Shown: positions 29,494 through 40,022, counted from the stretch's first letter. The stretch is 64,000 nucleotides of DNA from an uncultured Bacilli bacterium (GCA_947626095.1 CANQQV010000002.1:1-64000), one strand, 5' to 3'. Notes: a model not told the origin generated them from the letters alone. A program made the numbers and translations.

Positions 29494-31986
29494 TTAAACG
29501 CCAAAGCCTATGCCGTTGTCTGATACTCTAACTTCGCCACCATCGTCGCTATATCCCATACCAGAATTATCATCTTGAATAATAGTTTCAGTTCCACCGT
29601 CACTACCATCTACTGTGCCTTGGCCATCACCTTCAGCTCCATCTGATGAATCGTATATAACATCACCATTTTCGTCTACAGCTTGAGGTGCATCACCTAT
29701 TTCACCAGAAGAACTCTCTTCTTTTAATTTTTGATAATATTCTTCTTTCGCAGTATTGAATTTATCTAATGATTCTTGATATGTTGTTTTAGCTTCTTCA
29801 AGTTTTGGAAGTTGTTCTTTAACTTTACCAGCGCTTTCGTTATATGCTTTTACAGCTGCATTATATTCTTCAACAGCTTCTTTTGACCATTTAGAATCAG
29901 CTTTGAACTCATCATTATACATTTCTCTAAGTGCAGCAACTTTTTCAGCATTGTCTTCATTTTCTTTAATTGCTTTTTCGTATTCTTTACGAGCTTCTTC
30001 AGACCACTTACTTGTATCATCACCAAATTCGTTAGTGTATTTTTCTTTAAGTTCATTAATTTTATTTTCGCTATCTTCTTGTTCTTTAATAGCTTTGTCA
30101 TATTTCTCTTTGGCTTCATCAGACCATTTACTCATGTCTTTTTCACCAAATTCTTTATCGAACTTAGCTTTTAATTCATTAACTTTAGCTTTATTATTAT
30201 TTGCTTCTTGAACAAGTTCATTTGTTTCGCTAACAACAGTTTTGTAATTTTCTCTAGCTGCATCCATATCTGTCTTAAGTTGACGGATACCATCATCAGC
30301 ACTAGATAATGTTAATAATTCACTTGGTCCATCAGAATCTAAGTCGCTATAATTTGGAGTATCATCCCAATGAGTATCGAAATCAGTAATTCCATCAGCT
30401 GCAGCTAAAGCAATAGCTTTTTCAGCAAGAATTGCTCTTTCATCACCCTCAAGTAATGCTTTATAACATTTGAATCTATCATTTAAGATAGCATCAACTT
30501 CAGCATCTGTGAAACCGTATTTTTTAAGACTAACTTCAAGATCTGTTAAGTCGCCAGTTTCATAAGCTTTTTCGAAAAGTGCAAGTAACTCATTACGATG
30601 ATCGATTATTTCATCAACTGGAGTACCAAATTCATATTCATCTCTTGCTAGTTGATCATAATCAATTTCACCAAAGTCTGGTTTAACTTCTTCTTCAGGA
30701 ATTTCTTCCTCAACCATTTCTTCTAATGTATATTCTTCATTATCAGTATCTTCATCTTCATCTGGTTTTTTATCTGTTTCGTCATCTTTACCAGGTGTTG
30801 GAGTTACAGCTCCACCACCGCCTGGGTAGTAGCCACCATTACCATTTCCGTTGTTACCATTTCCGTTTCCGTTGCCATTATTACCATTGCCATTGCCATT
30901 GTTGCCGTTTCCGTTGTCGGTACCGTTGCCACCGTTATTTCCATTGCCACCAGATACAGTTCCTAATAAAGCTCCACCTAGTAAAGCACCAGCTAAACCG
31001 GCACTGCCACCAATACTTTGACCGTTGGCAAGCATTGCTTTAATTTCTTCAAGACCCAATGAAGTAGCATCACTAATTTGTTGATTCGCGGCATTAGAAT
31101 CAGCTGTGTATGATGGTAATAAAGCATCAACGAATTCATGAGTATATAAACCACTTCTAAGTGTATTAGCCATGAAGGCATTAGCATTAGAAACAATATC
31201 ACCAAAGTTAATATCATATCCATATGTATCATGAAGATATTGTCCTGCTATTTCAGCATTCATAACAGTATCTGAATATGTAAAGAAAGCATTCATCGCT
31301 TCACTTGTTGTAGTCTCAATTGTTTGACCATCGATTGTTACTTCAGTTTGAATTCCTAATAATGTAGTTCCATCTCCAGCTAATTTAGTTTCAACACCTG
31401 CGGCTGCAGCGGCAGTTTCAAGACTAGCATACTTAGTTTGGAAATCAGCTATTTTAAATAAAACATTTTGCAGTGCTAAACGAATATTTTCGTCTTTCGT
31501 TTCAAGATTTTCTAGAGCTAAAAAGTTCATTTGTGAACCAGTAGCACATTCAGTTAGTAAAGCTTCAAATACATTTTTAGCATCATATTTAAATTGGACA
31601 GAACTAGCAGATTTTACTAAATAAGCAATTCCTATTACTGCAAGGATACCTAAAATGATAGCACCAATAATCCATCCAGCAACAGGAATCATTGAGGCAA
31701 CGCCTGCTAAGGTAACTCCTGATGCAACTGCTGAGGCAGCACAACCTGATGCGATTGCTCCTCCTCCACCAATAATTAAGGTTCCTGTTCCAAATAATCG
31801 ATTAAAACTACTTTCAGCATCCTTATATAATGCTTCTAAGAAGCCATTAGTGATAAAGTTATTATAGAGGTTGGAAAAATTTGTTGCCCATATATCATCT
31901 ATCGCTTCAGTAATATGTTCTTTGGCTAAATCAACATGTTTTTGAATTTCAGAAAATTCTGAATTATTAATCATTACTTTCGCCAT
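29494..31986 (-). CDS. Large putative T7SS substrate (module B) with a Gly/Ala hydrophobic segment, GN repeat, acidic helical region and three SKWS repeats
   Basis: No signal peptide; lies in the T7SS locus; paralogous to 36492-39269. Confidence 0.6.
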   Translation of the reverse strand: MAKVMINNSEFSEIQKHVDLAKEHITEAIDDIWATNFSNLYNNFITNGFLEALYKDAESSFNRLFGTGTLIIGGGGAIASGCAASAVASGVTLAGVASMIPVAGWIIGAIILGILAVIGIAYLVKSASSVQFKYDAKNVFEALLTECATGSQMNFLALENLETKDENIRLALQNVLFKIADFQTKYASLETAAAAAGVETKLAGDGTTLLGIQTEVTIDGQTIETTTSEAMNAFFTYSDTVMNAEIAGQYLHDTYGYDINFGDIVSNANAFMANTLRSGLYTHEFVDALLPSYTADSNAANQQISDATSLGLEEIKAMLANGQSIGGSAGLAGALLGGALLGTVSGGNGNNGGNGTDNGNGNNGNGNGNNGNGNGNGNNGNGNGGYYPGGGGAVTPTPGKDDETDKKPDEDEDTDNEEYTLEEMVEEEIPEEEVKPDFGEIDYDQLARDEYEFGTPVDEIIDHRNELLALFEKAYETGDLTDLEVSLKKYGFTDAEVDAILNDRFKCYKALLEGDERAILAEKAIALAAADGITDFDTHWDDTPNYSDLDSDGPSELLTLSSADDGIRQLKTDMDAARENYKTVVSETNELVQEANNNKAKVNELKAKFDKEFGEKDMSKWSDEAKEKYDKAIKEQEDSENKINELKEKYTNEFGDDTSKWSEEARKEYEKAIKENEDNAEKVAALREMYNDEFKADSKWSKEAVEEYNAAVKAYNESAGKVKEQLPKLEEAKTTYQESLDKFNTAKEEYYQKLKEESSSGEIGDAPQAVDENGDVIYDSSDGAEGDGQGTVDGSDGGTETIIQDDNSGMGYSDDGGEVRVSDNGIGFGV
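30832..30950 (-). repeat. Gly-Asn low-complexity coding repeat
   Basis: GGNGNNGGNGTDNGNGNNGNGNGNNGNGNGNGNNGNGNGG. Confidence 0.85.
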
Positions 31987-32006
31987 AACATCTTCTCCTA
32001 TCTCGC

Positions 32007-32429
32007 CTAAGCGTTAGTTGCCGGTTCTTCTACAGTTTCACTTGTAGTTCGACCTTTAACTTTACCGATTAGAATCCAACCAAAGTTGTATTCCAACTCA
32101 TAATTTATATTATCAATATCTGTCATAAAAGCTTGATATAAATTATTTAATTCAGTCTTTAAGTTATTTACATCTGTTTGTAATTCATCTCTTGCAACTG
32201 AGATGTCTTTAACACTGCTACCATTTTCAAAATCAAATGCAGTGTCAATGGCTGTAGCATTTTGGATTTCAGTCATTGCTTCATCTAATTTTTGTGGTAA
32301 TTCATTTACTAAGAAATTAAAATCAGATTTTATACTATCATTAATAACTGAATAGCCAAAACCAGAGGGATCGACAGTATAATTAGCCGTCTCCTTAGTA
32401 TTTCCTGTTTGTCTAGTAGCTGTTGCCAT
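32007..32429 (-). CDS. Small helical protein, possible WXG100-like partner (module B)
   Basis: Acidic helical ORF with an RBS, inside the T7SS locus. Confidence 0.5.
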   Translation of the reverse strand: MATATRQTGNTKETANYTVDPSGFGYSVINDSIKSDFNFLVNELPQKLDEAMTEIQNATAIDTAFDFENGSSVKDISVARDELQTDVNNLKTELNNLYQAFMTDIDNINYELEYNFGWILIGKVKGRTTSETVEEPATNA

Positions 32430-32486
32430 AACACATTTCTCCTTTCAGATTATTTATTATATATATCAACTTAAACATATTAATTT

Positions 32487-33500
32487 TTATGCAGCCGCTG
32501 CAACTGGTATATTAGGTGTAAAGAAATTTATACTGTTACCATCGCGGAATAAATTACCAATCCATCTTCCAGCATCATCGTAGAATTGAAGACAATTAGG
32601 ATCAGTTGTAGTTCGAATAACTCTTGTTGCTCCTAAATCTCTAGCCTGGGTTACGAAATCAGAAACTCCTCTAATATAATTTTGTTGAACTACGTTTGAA
32701 GCACTTTGGGAAATCGCATTATCAACGTTAGTCATCATTTCACTAATTGGAATTTCTTGTGAAGTACCAATTTGTAAAGGTGTTGAAGCGGTTCCAGTTG
32801 CTCCTGTTGCTCCTGTTGCTTCGACATGAGCAGGTAATGCTGGTGTGCTTTCGGGAGCTGGTAAAGCTGGATTCGTCGGTGTTGGACTTGGTGTAGGTGC
32901 TGGAGCTGCTGGTGTAGCAAATGCTAAACCATAGCCTGCCACGCCGGTCCATAGAAGTCCTAATATATCGGCACCTAAAACGATTCCAGTAGTTATTTGA
33001 TGTCTTCTTAAAACACTCTTTGAGTCTGTAGAAATATACTCTACACCTGTTAATTCATATAGTTGTCCTACATTACTAAGATCATTAAGATAACTTTCAT
33101 AGTTATCGGTTTTATACTGATTATAATAAGAAGTATTTATGTAGTTATCTGTTCTTCCACCACTGGTTACACCTAATGGATTAGCACTTTGGAAGCCGGC
33201 AATATCTCTTTCAAATTGAGCATAATCACCACCACTTTGTGCTATTAATGTCGCCCAGTTACTAAATTTAGAAACAAAGTTAGGGAAATTAGATGAAGAG
33301 TTATCCCAGTCTAATTTTAGTTGTGATCCTAAATCACCAAAGATAGCTTCTTCTTCAACATTAACAGTATTTTCTACTTCCTTATTTAGATTTTCTAATA
33401 TTCCGGCAATAGAGTCAGCACTTCCTGCATCACCAATAGTTTTTAACATTTGTTGATAAATATTGCTGACTTCTTGATAATTAAATTTTCTTTCTGCCAT
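32487..33500 (-). CDS. WXG100-like N-terminal domain plus hydrophobic segment and variable C-terminus (putative effector)
   Basis: N-terminus is similar to 39528-40022; TM-like GIVLGADILGLLWTGVAGYGLAFA; Pro/Ala linker. Confidence 0.55.
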   Translation of the reverse strand: MAERKFNYQEVSNIYQQMLKTIGDAGSADSIAGILENLNKEVENTVNVEEEAIFGDLGSQLKLDWDNSSSNFPNFVSKFSNWATLIAQSGGDYAQFERDIAGFQSANPLGVTSGGRTDNYINTSYYNQYKTDNYESYLNDLSNVGQLYELTGVEYISTDSKSVLRRHQITTGIVLGADILGLLWTGVAGYGLAFATPAAPAPTPSPTPTNPALPAPESTPALPAHVEATGATGATGTASTPLQIGTSQEIPISEMMTNVDNAISQSASNVVQQNYIRGVSDFVTQARDLGATRVIRTTTDPNCLQFYDDAGRWIGNLFRDGNSINFFTPNIPVAAAA

Positions 33501-33526
33501 ATAAATCCTCCATTCAAAGGTTTTTA

Positions 33527-35179
33527 TTATTTCAATTTACATTTAGCAAGGTCTTCTGGAGTAAATCCTCTTCCACCACGGGTATATTCTCCGTTTTCAA
33601 GTTCATAGTATTGTCCAGAATCTTCATCCCAAACTAAGTACATTGTATTTCTTCCTTTATTTAAATCACTACCTTGTGATAAGAAAGGTACATCAACTGT
33701 AGTATTTATTTCTAGTACTGGTGTGTGTGCATTAGCACTTGCATGTAATTCATCACTTGTAGTAACTTTATATGTTTCAACTGATCCACCAATATTTTCA
33801 CCTTTTGGATCACCATAGTATACGTTTTCTACGCTTCCATAAATATTAAATTCATCTCCGCCAGGAGTAACTTGTGTTGGCAAGTTACGGTCGGATGCAT
33901 CTTCGGCATTGGTTGTTATACCACTATACATTGATACATGGTCATCAGCATAGCCAACTGTAAATGAAGCAGTAGATATTCCTAAGTCTTCGATTGCCCC
34001 ACTTGATAATTGTTTTAATATTGTTTCATGGCCATTTGCATCCACATATCTGTAGAAATTATTACCACTACTTTTATCGGTTGCCCAGAATGTAACTTCT
34101 ATATTCTGACCGTCGTATGTAATGCCACATTTGTCGCCACGACGGATTGTGTATGCTGTAGTTTTTGGACTTGGATTGTTGTCATCTTCTGTTCCACCTG
34201 TACCAGTTCCAGTAGTACCACTATTGTCAGGGAATGTACGACCGCCACCTGAATGAACATTTCCACTATAATATTTTTCAGTACATACAAAGTGATCATC
34301 TTTATCAAAAGTATATACATTAACAGTACCATCATTTTCGGTTTGAGTAATAGTATAACTACCATCAGAATTATATTTATATGTTCCACCTTGTACTTTG
34401 GCAGTCATTCCACCGGTCATTAAAGCCGCTGCTCCACCGCCAGCAATCATTTCATAATTAATATTTTGATTTGTATCGTATGTCTTACGTGATTCTAAAA
34501 CACCATTATCCCATACGTCTACTTGCATCTTGTTTCCGTCAGCATCATAATATGTGTATGTTCTTTCATCGCCTGATACTTGAGCACCAACTTCACCACC
34601 ATATGGGTTATATGAACCATTACTGTTTGTTTGAGTTCTTAATGTAGCTGGATCTACAGGTTCACCTGGACTGCCACCAGTATTACCTGGATCATTGACA
34701 TCACCTGGATCTCCGCCACTATTTACTGGATCACTATTTCCTTCTTGCGTTGTTCCTCCGCTACCAGCAGGTGTTGCACCACTACCAGTAGGTGTTCCTC
34801 CACTACCTGGAGTTCCGGATGCTGGTGTACCATATCCACCTGGTGCTCCGCTACCAGAGCCGCCTGTTCCGCCGCTACCTGTAGCATTTAAAATAATTGA
34901 TATTAATTCACTGGCTAATTCTTCAGTACCAGTTGCTACTAAATCAAAATGGGTGCTAAACATTCTTATACCATCAGATAAATCCTGAAGAGCAGTTTTA
35001 TATCCTTCAGTTCCTGTTTTAAAGGCATCGTAATCTTCACCTACCCAATGTGTACTTAAGGAATCGATCTCACTATACATTTCCCCTATTTTTGTATCAA
35101 AATTATCGGCTCCTTCATTTAGTTTTTGGGCAAGGTCTTTTTGGACTTCGCTATCAGCTGTAAAATCCCATCCAGCCAT
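33527..35179 (-). CDS. WXG100-domain protein with a long C-terminal extension (putative effector)
   Basis: About 100-aa helical N-terminus with WVG, a Gly/Pro linker, and YD-like beta segments. Confidence 0.7.
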   Translation of the reverse strand: MAGWDFTADSEVQKDLAQKLNEGADNFDTKIGEMYSEIDSLSTHWVGEDYDAFKTGTEGYKTALQDLSDGIRMFSTHFDLVATGTEELASELISIILNATGSGGTGGSGSGAPGGYGTPASGTPGSGGTPTGSGATPAGSGGTTQEGNSDPVNSGGDPGDVNDPGNTGGSPGEPVDPATLRTQTNSNGSYNPYGGEVGAQVSGDERTYTYYDADGNKMQVDVWDNGVLESRKTYDTNQNINYEMIAGGGAAALMTGGMTAKVQGGTYKYNSDGSYTITQTENDGTVNVYTFDKDDHFVCTEKYYSGNVHSGGGRTFPDNSGTTGTGTGGTEDDNNPSPKTTAYTIRRGDKCGITYDGQNIEVTFWATDKSSGNNFYRYVDANGHETILKQLSSGAIEDLGISTASFTVGYADDHVSMYSGITTNAEDASDRNLPTQVTPGGDEFNIYGSVENVYYGDPKGENIGGSVETYKVTTSDELHASANAHTPVLEINTTVDVPFLSQGSDLNKGRNTMYLVWDEDSGQYYELENGEYTRGGRGFTPEDLAKCKLK

Positions 35180-35212
35180 AATAACACCATCTTTCTGTGT
35201 ATATACAAATAA

Positions 35213-35251
35213 TACATTGTAAATCGCTAAATTTTAGCAACTTACAATGTA
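35213..35251 (-). terminator. Hairpin (terminator or mRNA-stabilising) after the module B WXG100 pair
   Basis: TACATTGTAA...TTACAATGTA outer arms with inner GCTAAA/TTTAGC. Confidence 0.6.
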
Positions 35252-35280
35252 CTACTTATCGTAGTACATATTATTTCAAA

Positions 35281-35577
35281 TTAGTTTGCTACTCCGCCAA
35301 AGCCGCTGTAAGAACTTTCAGTAGCAGCTGTAGCTTCTGCTGAAACTCCAGATGCTTTCATTAATTCTTGAAGTCTAGCAAATTTAGCATTTATATCAGA
35401 ATAAATTCTATTCCAATCATCAATGTCTGTGCTTGCCCATTGACCAGAAGCATCGGCTGTAGCGTTTTGTAAATTTGTATTAGCAGTTGTTAATTCTGCT
35501 TCAATATTATTAATGCATGTATTAATTGCAGAATGTTCTGCATTGTATTGTTCATAATTTAATTTATCTACTGCCAT
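35281..35577 (-). CDS. WXG100-like small helical protein
   Basis: 98 aa with a helix-turn-helix pattern and a central GQW. Confidence 0.6.
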   Translation of the reverse strand: MAVDKLNYEQYNAEHSAINTCINNIEAELTTANTNLQNATADASGQWASTDIDDWNRIYSDINAKFARLQELMKASGVSAEATAATESSYSGFGGVAN

Positions 35578-35609
35578 TTATTTCACATTCCTTTCTTATA
35601 AATATTTAA

Positions 35610-35906
35610 TTAGATACCACTCATTCTAGCTTTATTTTCAGCAACTGTTGCATCCATGGCACCGGCTGTTTTAACTAGATGTGTACCAACATCTTGAACT
35701 GTTACAGATGCTCTATCTAGTAAATCAGCTACTTCATTTGCAACATTTTGGAATTCTGTAGCATCGTCTCCAACCCAGATACCTAATATTGCTGATACGT
35801 GAGATTTGAAATTTGCAACCTCAGATTGAAAATTTGTTCCGCTAGTATTAATACCAGTACCAGAAGAGTTTACTAAATCAGTATCAATAGTTAAACCATT
35901 TGACAT
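35610..35906 (-). CDS. WXG100 family T7SS substrate
   Basis: 98 aa from the ATG at 35906 (GGAGGTG RBS); central WVG motif. Confidence 0.8.
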   Translation of the reverse strand: MSNGLTIDTDLVNSSGTGINTSGTNFQSEVANFKSHVSAILGIWVGDDATEFQNVANEVADLLDRASVTVQDVGTHLVKTAGAMDATVAENKARMSGI

Positions 35907-36017
35907 ATTTTCACCTCCACAAAATTTTATAAGAATATAGTCAAGTAACATTAAGAATACAATGCTTGACTTATTTACCAAACACCCCTAGCTTACTCAT
36001 CATATCCTTATAACATT

Positions 36018-36047
36018 AATTATATAGGAATTATCCAAATTAATCAA
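36018..36047 (-). promoter_or_regulatory. Sigma-A promoter for T7SS module B
   Basis: TTGATT-N17-TATAAT downstream of a terminator (36069-36096). Confidence 0.65.
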
Positions 36048-36095
36048 TATAAGATTTTTATAAAATGTAAAAAAAGACTATGGATAAGTCTTTTT

Positions 36096-36473
36096 TTAAT
36101 TTTCTTCAACTGCTGGAGAAAATGGAGTTATTTTTTCAGCATGTTGGTTATTGCTTTGTGCCTCTCCATTGGTACTTACATTTGTATTACCATTATCTTG
36201 TTCTACTAAGGCAACAATTTTATTTAATTTGTCTTTAAATGTTTTCTCTTCGTCATCTTCAAAGCCAAGGAAGAATATTTTTTCGATTTGATCATGATCA
36301 AATAAGCAAACTTGATTAGAGCTTAAATATCCTTCTGGATAAACACAGCCACTGTAATCATAGATTTTTTCTTGATTTTCTTGAGCTACTGAGCAAAATC
36401 CAGTAATCATTGCTCTTTTTCTTCCACCTTTTAACAAAACTACTGTTCCAATTGGTAAATACTTTTCTCTCAT
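36096..36473 (-). CDS. DUF4176 family protein (module A)
   Basis: LPIGTVVLLKGG..DYSGCVYPEG..FDHDQIEKIFFLG. Confidence 0.85.
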   Translation of the reverse strand: MREKYLPIGTVVLLKGGRKRAMITGFCSVAQENQEKIYDYSGCVYPEGYLSSNQVCLFDHDQIEKIFFLGFEDDEEKTFKDKLNKIVALVEQDNGNTNVSTNGEAQSNNQHAEKITPFSPAVEEN

Positions 36474-36491
36474 TTTATTTCCTCCTTACCT

Positions 36492-39269
36492 TTAAAATCC
36501 AAAACCACTACCATTGTTTATTCGTGGTTGACTGCCATTTGACTCTTCATCGTCACTATAAATATATTCTGAACTATGGTCATTTACATAACTAACTCCA
36601 ACATAGTTTTCAGGAATATTTTCAGGAATTGTATTTTGAACATCAACATCTGTGGTATTGATAATTTCTGGACCGATATTATTACTTATATTGGTCGTAG
36701 GTGGTTCTGGAACTGTTTCACCGACATTAGGAATGTCGTTATTACCAAAGCCCCATCCACTACCGCTATCATCAATCGTTGGTGTTGATGTTTCTCCACT
36801 AGGTTCAACTTGATCTGGTGGAGTATTAGGATATTCTGGTCCTTGTGGCATTTCTGTTTCAACATTTGCCCCATCGCCTATTGTATCAGGACCCATTCCT
36901 TCATTTCCTTGTGATGGACTAGGTGTAGAATCACTTGGTTCATCTTTACCAAAGCCCCATCCACTATCGTCTGTTGTAGGATCATTATCGCCAGATTGAT
37001 CTGGAGTTGGCTCAGGCTTATCACTTCCTCCTGATGGCTCAGTTTGATTACCGGCATCACCAGTAGCATTATCGTTTGGTCCAGGTTCTGGTGCTTCATT
37101 TACTTCAACATCAGGATCTCCTACTGATTCACGATTATTTAAGATATCTTCTTTTACTTTGTCATAATATTCATCTTTACTTGTTTCATAAGCTTCTCTA
37201 CTTGCTTCGTATTCTGACTTAGCATCTTGAGCGCTTGAAACATCATCATTCGCTTTTTTAACAGATTCGTTATAGTCGTTAACAGCCTTATTATATTCTT
37301 CAACATCTTCATCAGACCATTTACTACTATCGTTACCAGATTTTTTAACAATTTGTTTTCTAACATTATCTAATTTATCTTTATTGGTATTAGCTTCTTC
37401 AATAGATTTATTGGCGTTATCAACAGCTCTATCGTATTGAGCTTTAGCACCATTCATTGTTTGTTTAGCATCAGCAACACCAGAATCTTGATTTGGATTT
37501 GTTAAGAAAGCATTAGTATCGCCGGATAGTAAATCTTTATAAGAAGCACCATCATCAAAGCGTGTATCAAACATTGTCATATCCATGTTAGCACCTTGAG
37601 CAATATTTCTTGACATATCAGCTAGGTCAGCACTTTGTTTAGCTGCTAAGAAGGCAGCAAGACCTAATTCTTTATTTTCAGCAATTACTTTAGCTGACTC
37701 TAAATCGTAACCAGCATCTTCATAGAAGTCGATTAATTCTGATTTATCTTCTTTAGCAAATAGATCTTCAAATTCTAATTTTTGTTCGTTACGATAATCA
37801 GCTAATTGCTCTGGAGTATATTTTTCATAGAATTGTTCTTCAGCTAAGCGATCAGCTGTTGCATTATCCATTTTGGTATTAGAATCTGGAGGATCAGGAA
37901 TTGGATCTTCAACAGTTATATCAAGTCTCTTATCAGGTATAACTGCTTCTTCTGGATCTTTAATATCCGGATCGGCTGGTTGAGCAGGATCTTCAGGAGT
38001 TGTATTATCTGGAGCTATTCCGGCTTCACCATCGTCACTACCATCACCGCCACCAAATTCTTCAACTCTAACTTCTCTTTTTGGACCTTGTTCAGATGTA
38101 CCTGGTAAGTCTCCACCTTCTTCTCCAACTAGTTCCTCTGGAGCTTTTTTAGATTCAGGGTCAATTAATTTTTCTTCATCAACATTACCATCATCGTCAT
38201 ATATTTTTCCTTCTTTAACATTTTTACGACCTTCAGCTAAATTTCCTAAGCCTTCATCCTCTAATTCTTGATCTGAGGCAGCACCATGGATGTTAGCGAA
38301 GTTAAATACACCAGCTGAGGTAACAGCTGCGGCGCTGGCACCTAACATTTTTTTTCGTTCTTCATCGTCGCCATAACCGGCTCTTTCTCTTAAGACTTTT
38401 GCTTCTTGAGAGGCACGTTCAGCATCATATTTATTACCTGTATCTTCTTCATATCTAGCAGCAATTTCATCCATGCTTGTTGTGCTAAATAAATTTCTTT
38501 TTTTATAACTTTCAGTTTGTTTATCTGCTATTTCATTATTAGCAGCTATTGCTTGAGTAGCAATCCTTCTTTGTTCTTCTGGTGATTTGCTTTGAAAATC
38601 TTTATCATTTACTAATTGATCTACAATAAGAACGCTACCAGCGACTTTCGCAGAAGTGTTGGTGACAAAAGCAACATTAGCTTCATCTAGTTTTTCATAC
38701 TCTTCATTAATCTGAACATATAGTTCTTGAGATATAATTCCTTCGTCATCTTCTTCATATTCAAATTTATAATTAAAGTCTTCATAATTTACATTATCAT
38801 GTTTATCAAAACTAGCTTTAAAATATTCTTCTAATGAGCCAACTGGAGTACTTTCGTATGCATCTAAAAGACCTTGGACTTTACTTAGAGCAGAAAAAAT
38901 ATCTATCATCAAAAGGTATTTTTCTTGAACAACTTTGGATATGTCATTAGTATAATTCTTATAGGCTTCAACTTTTTTTTGAACTATAGCTCTTGCAGCT
39001 GCTTCTACGGCATCTTCATAAGCAGTTTCATGGCAAGCTGTATATTCTACGCCATTACTATCGGTAGCTTTATACTCATAAGAGCTTCTTTTAACACCAG
39101 TTTTGTCTATAAATCTATACCAATAACTATTAACCCAGTTACTACAATGTGATTCAGCGTTACTTTTAAAAGTGGTTAATGCCGTTTTAGCAAGGGATAA
39201 TTTAAATCTTAGAGATTCAGCTGTAGAGATTGAATCAGCTAAATTTGCTTTATTTATTTTTATATACAT
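36492..39269 (-). CDS. Large acidic putative T7SS substrate (module A)
   Basis: No signal peptide; shares its C-terminal-half domain, SKWS motif and GFG terminus with 29494-31986. Confidence 0.6.
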   Translation of the reverse strand: MYIKINKANLADSISTAESLRFKLSLAKTALTTFKSNAESHCSNWVNSYWYRFIDKTGVKRSSYEYKATDSNGVEYTACHETAYEDAVEAAARAIVQKKVEAYKNYTNDISKVVQEKYLLMIDIFSALSKVQGLLDAYESTPVGSLEEYFKASFDKHDNVNYEDFNYKFEYEEDDEGIISQELYVQINEEYEKLDEANVAFVTNTSAKVAGSVLIVDQLVNDKDFQSKSPEEQRRIATQAIAANNEIADKQTESYKKRNLFSTTSMDEIAARYEEDTGNKYDAERASQEAKVLRERAGYGDDEERKKMLGASAAAVTSAGVFNFANIHGAASDQELEDEGLGNLAEGRKNVKEGKIYDDDGNVDEEKLIDPESKKAPEELVGEEGGDLPGTSEQGPKREVRVEEFGGGDGSDDGEAGIAPDNTTPEDPAQPADPDIKDPEEAVIPDKRLDITVEDPIPDPPDSNTKMDNATADRLAEEQFYEKYTPEQLADYRNEQKLEFEDLFAKEDKSELIDFYEDAGYDLESAKVIAENKELGLAAFLAAKQSADLADMSRNIAQGANMDMTMFDTRFDDGASYKDLLSGDTNAFLTNPNQDSGVADAKQTMNGAKAQYDRAVDNANKSIEEANTNKDKLDNVRKQIVKKSGNDSSKWSDEDVEEYNKAVNDYNESVKKANDDVSSAQDAKSEYEASREAYETSKDEYYDKVKEDILNNRESVGDPDVEVNEAPEPGPNDNATGDAGNQTEPSGGSDKPEPTPDQSGDNDPTTDDSGWGFGKDEPSDSTPSPSQGNEGMGPDTIGDGANVETEMPQGPEYPNTPPDQVEPSGETSTPTIDDSGSGWGFGNNDIPNVGETVPEPPTTNISNNIGPEIINTTDVDVQNTIPENIPENYVGVSYVNDHSSEYIYSDDEESNGSQPRINNGSGFGF

Positions 39270-39274
39270 TTATT

Positions 39275-39508
39275 TCATCCTCCTGTCACTTCATTATCAA
39301 TATCTTGCATGCTGGATGCTTTTGATTCTAATATTGTTTTATTGGCATCTAAGTCTCTTATTAATAAATCTATTTTTTCATGAAATGTTTCAAGAGAAGT
39401 TGTATCTGAATCTAGGGTTTCTTTATCAAGGAGGTCTAAAAGAGTTTTAGCAAGAGATATAGCTTCGTCTATATAGGTTGCTCCTCCACCAACAGTATCA
39501 TATTGCAT
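39275..39508 (-). CDS. Small helical protein, possible T7SS partner (module A)
   Basis: 77 aa with an AGAGGTG RBS, in the operon. Confidence 0.55.
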   Translation of the reverse strand: MQYDTVGGGATYIDEAISLAKTLLDLLDKETLDSDTTSLETFHEKIDLLIRDLDANKTILESKASSMQDIDNEVTGG

Positions 39509-39527
39509 ATTTTATCACCTCTTACTA

Positions 39528-40022
39528 TTATTTTATCGCTGCATAATAAACGCCTTTTGGTCCACCTGGGGTACCATCGGCACTTCGATATTCTGAAGCT
39601 TTTTTATATGGTAAAGTTGGTTTCGGCGTTTGGGGAGTAGTTGTGCCAGTGCCAACATCTTTATATTCACCAATTGCTTCTTCATTAAATGCTCCGTATA
39701 AAGAATCTTCAATAACAACTAAATCGTTCCATGCTTCATAATTTTGAACAAAGCCTGTAAAATTACCAACTAAATCATCATATGTGTCGTGCAAACGTTG
39801 GGCATACTCGCCTTTAAAGCCATCAGCACATATAGTTCCTTTTACAGACTTATCTATTTTGCCTGTTTCTTCTTCGTATGACGTTAATAAAGTGTTAAAG
39901 GAACCTAAATGTTCTTTCATTCCTTCTAAGTCATAAGTTTCCTTAATGTTTGACATTACTGTATCGGTTATGGCTGATGATGAGCCACCACCAAGATCTG
40001 TTCTTTCAGAATATGCGGCCAT
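39528..40022 (-). CDS. WXG100-like protein (FKG variant) with a short C-terminal tail
   Basis: Helical; paralogous to the N-terminus of 32487-33500. Confidence 0.55.
   Translation of the reverse strand: MAAYSERTDLGGGSSSAITDTVMSNIKETYDLEGMKEHLGSFNTLLTSYEEETGKIDKSVKGTICADGFKGEYAQRLHDTYDDLVGNFTGFVQNYEAWNDLVVIEDSLYGAFNEEAIGEYKDVGTGTTTPQTPKPTLPYKKASEYRSADGTPGGPKGVYYAAIK

Noticed and set aside
20044-30950. Short tandem repeats (PED, GN, SKWS units) as CRISPR arrays
   Set aside because: All are in-frame coding repeats without unique spacers, and no cas genes are present.
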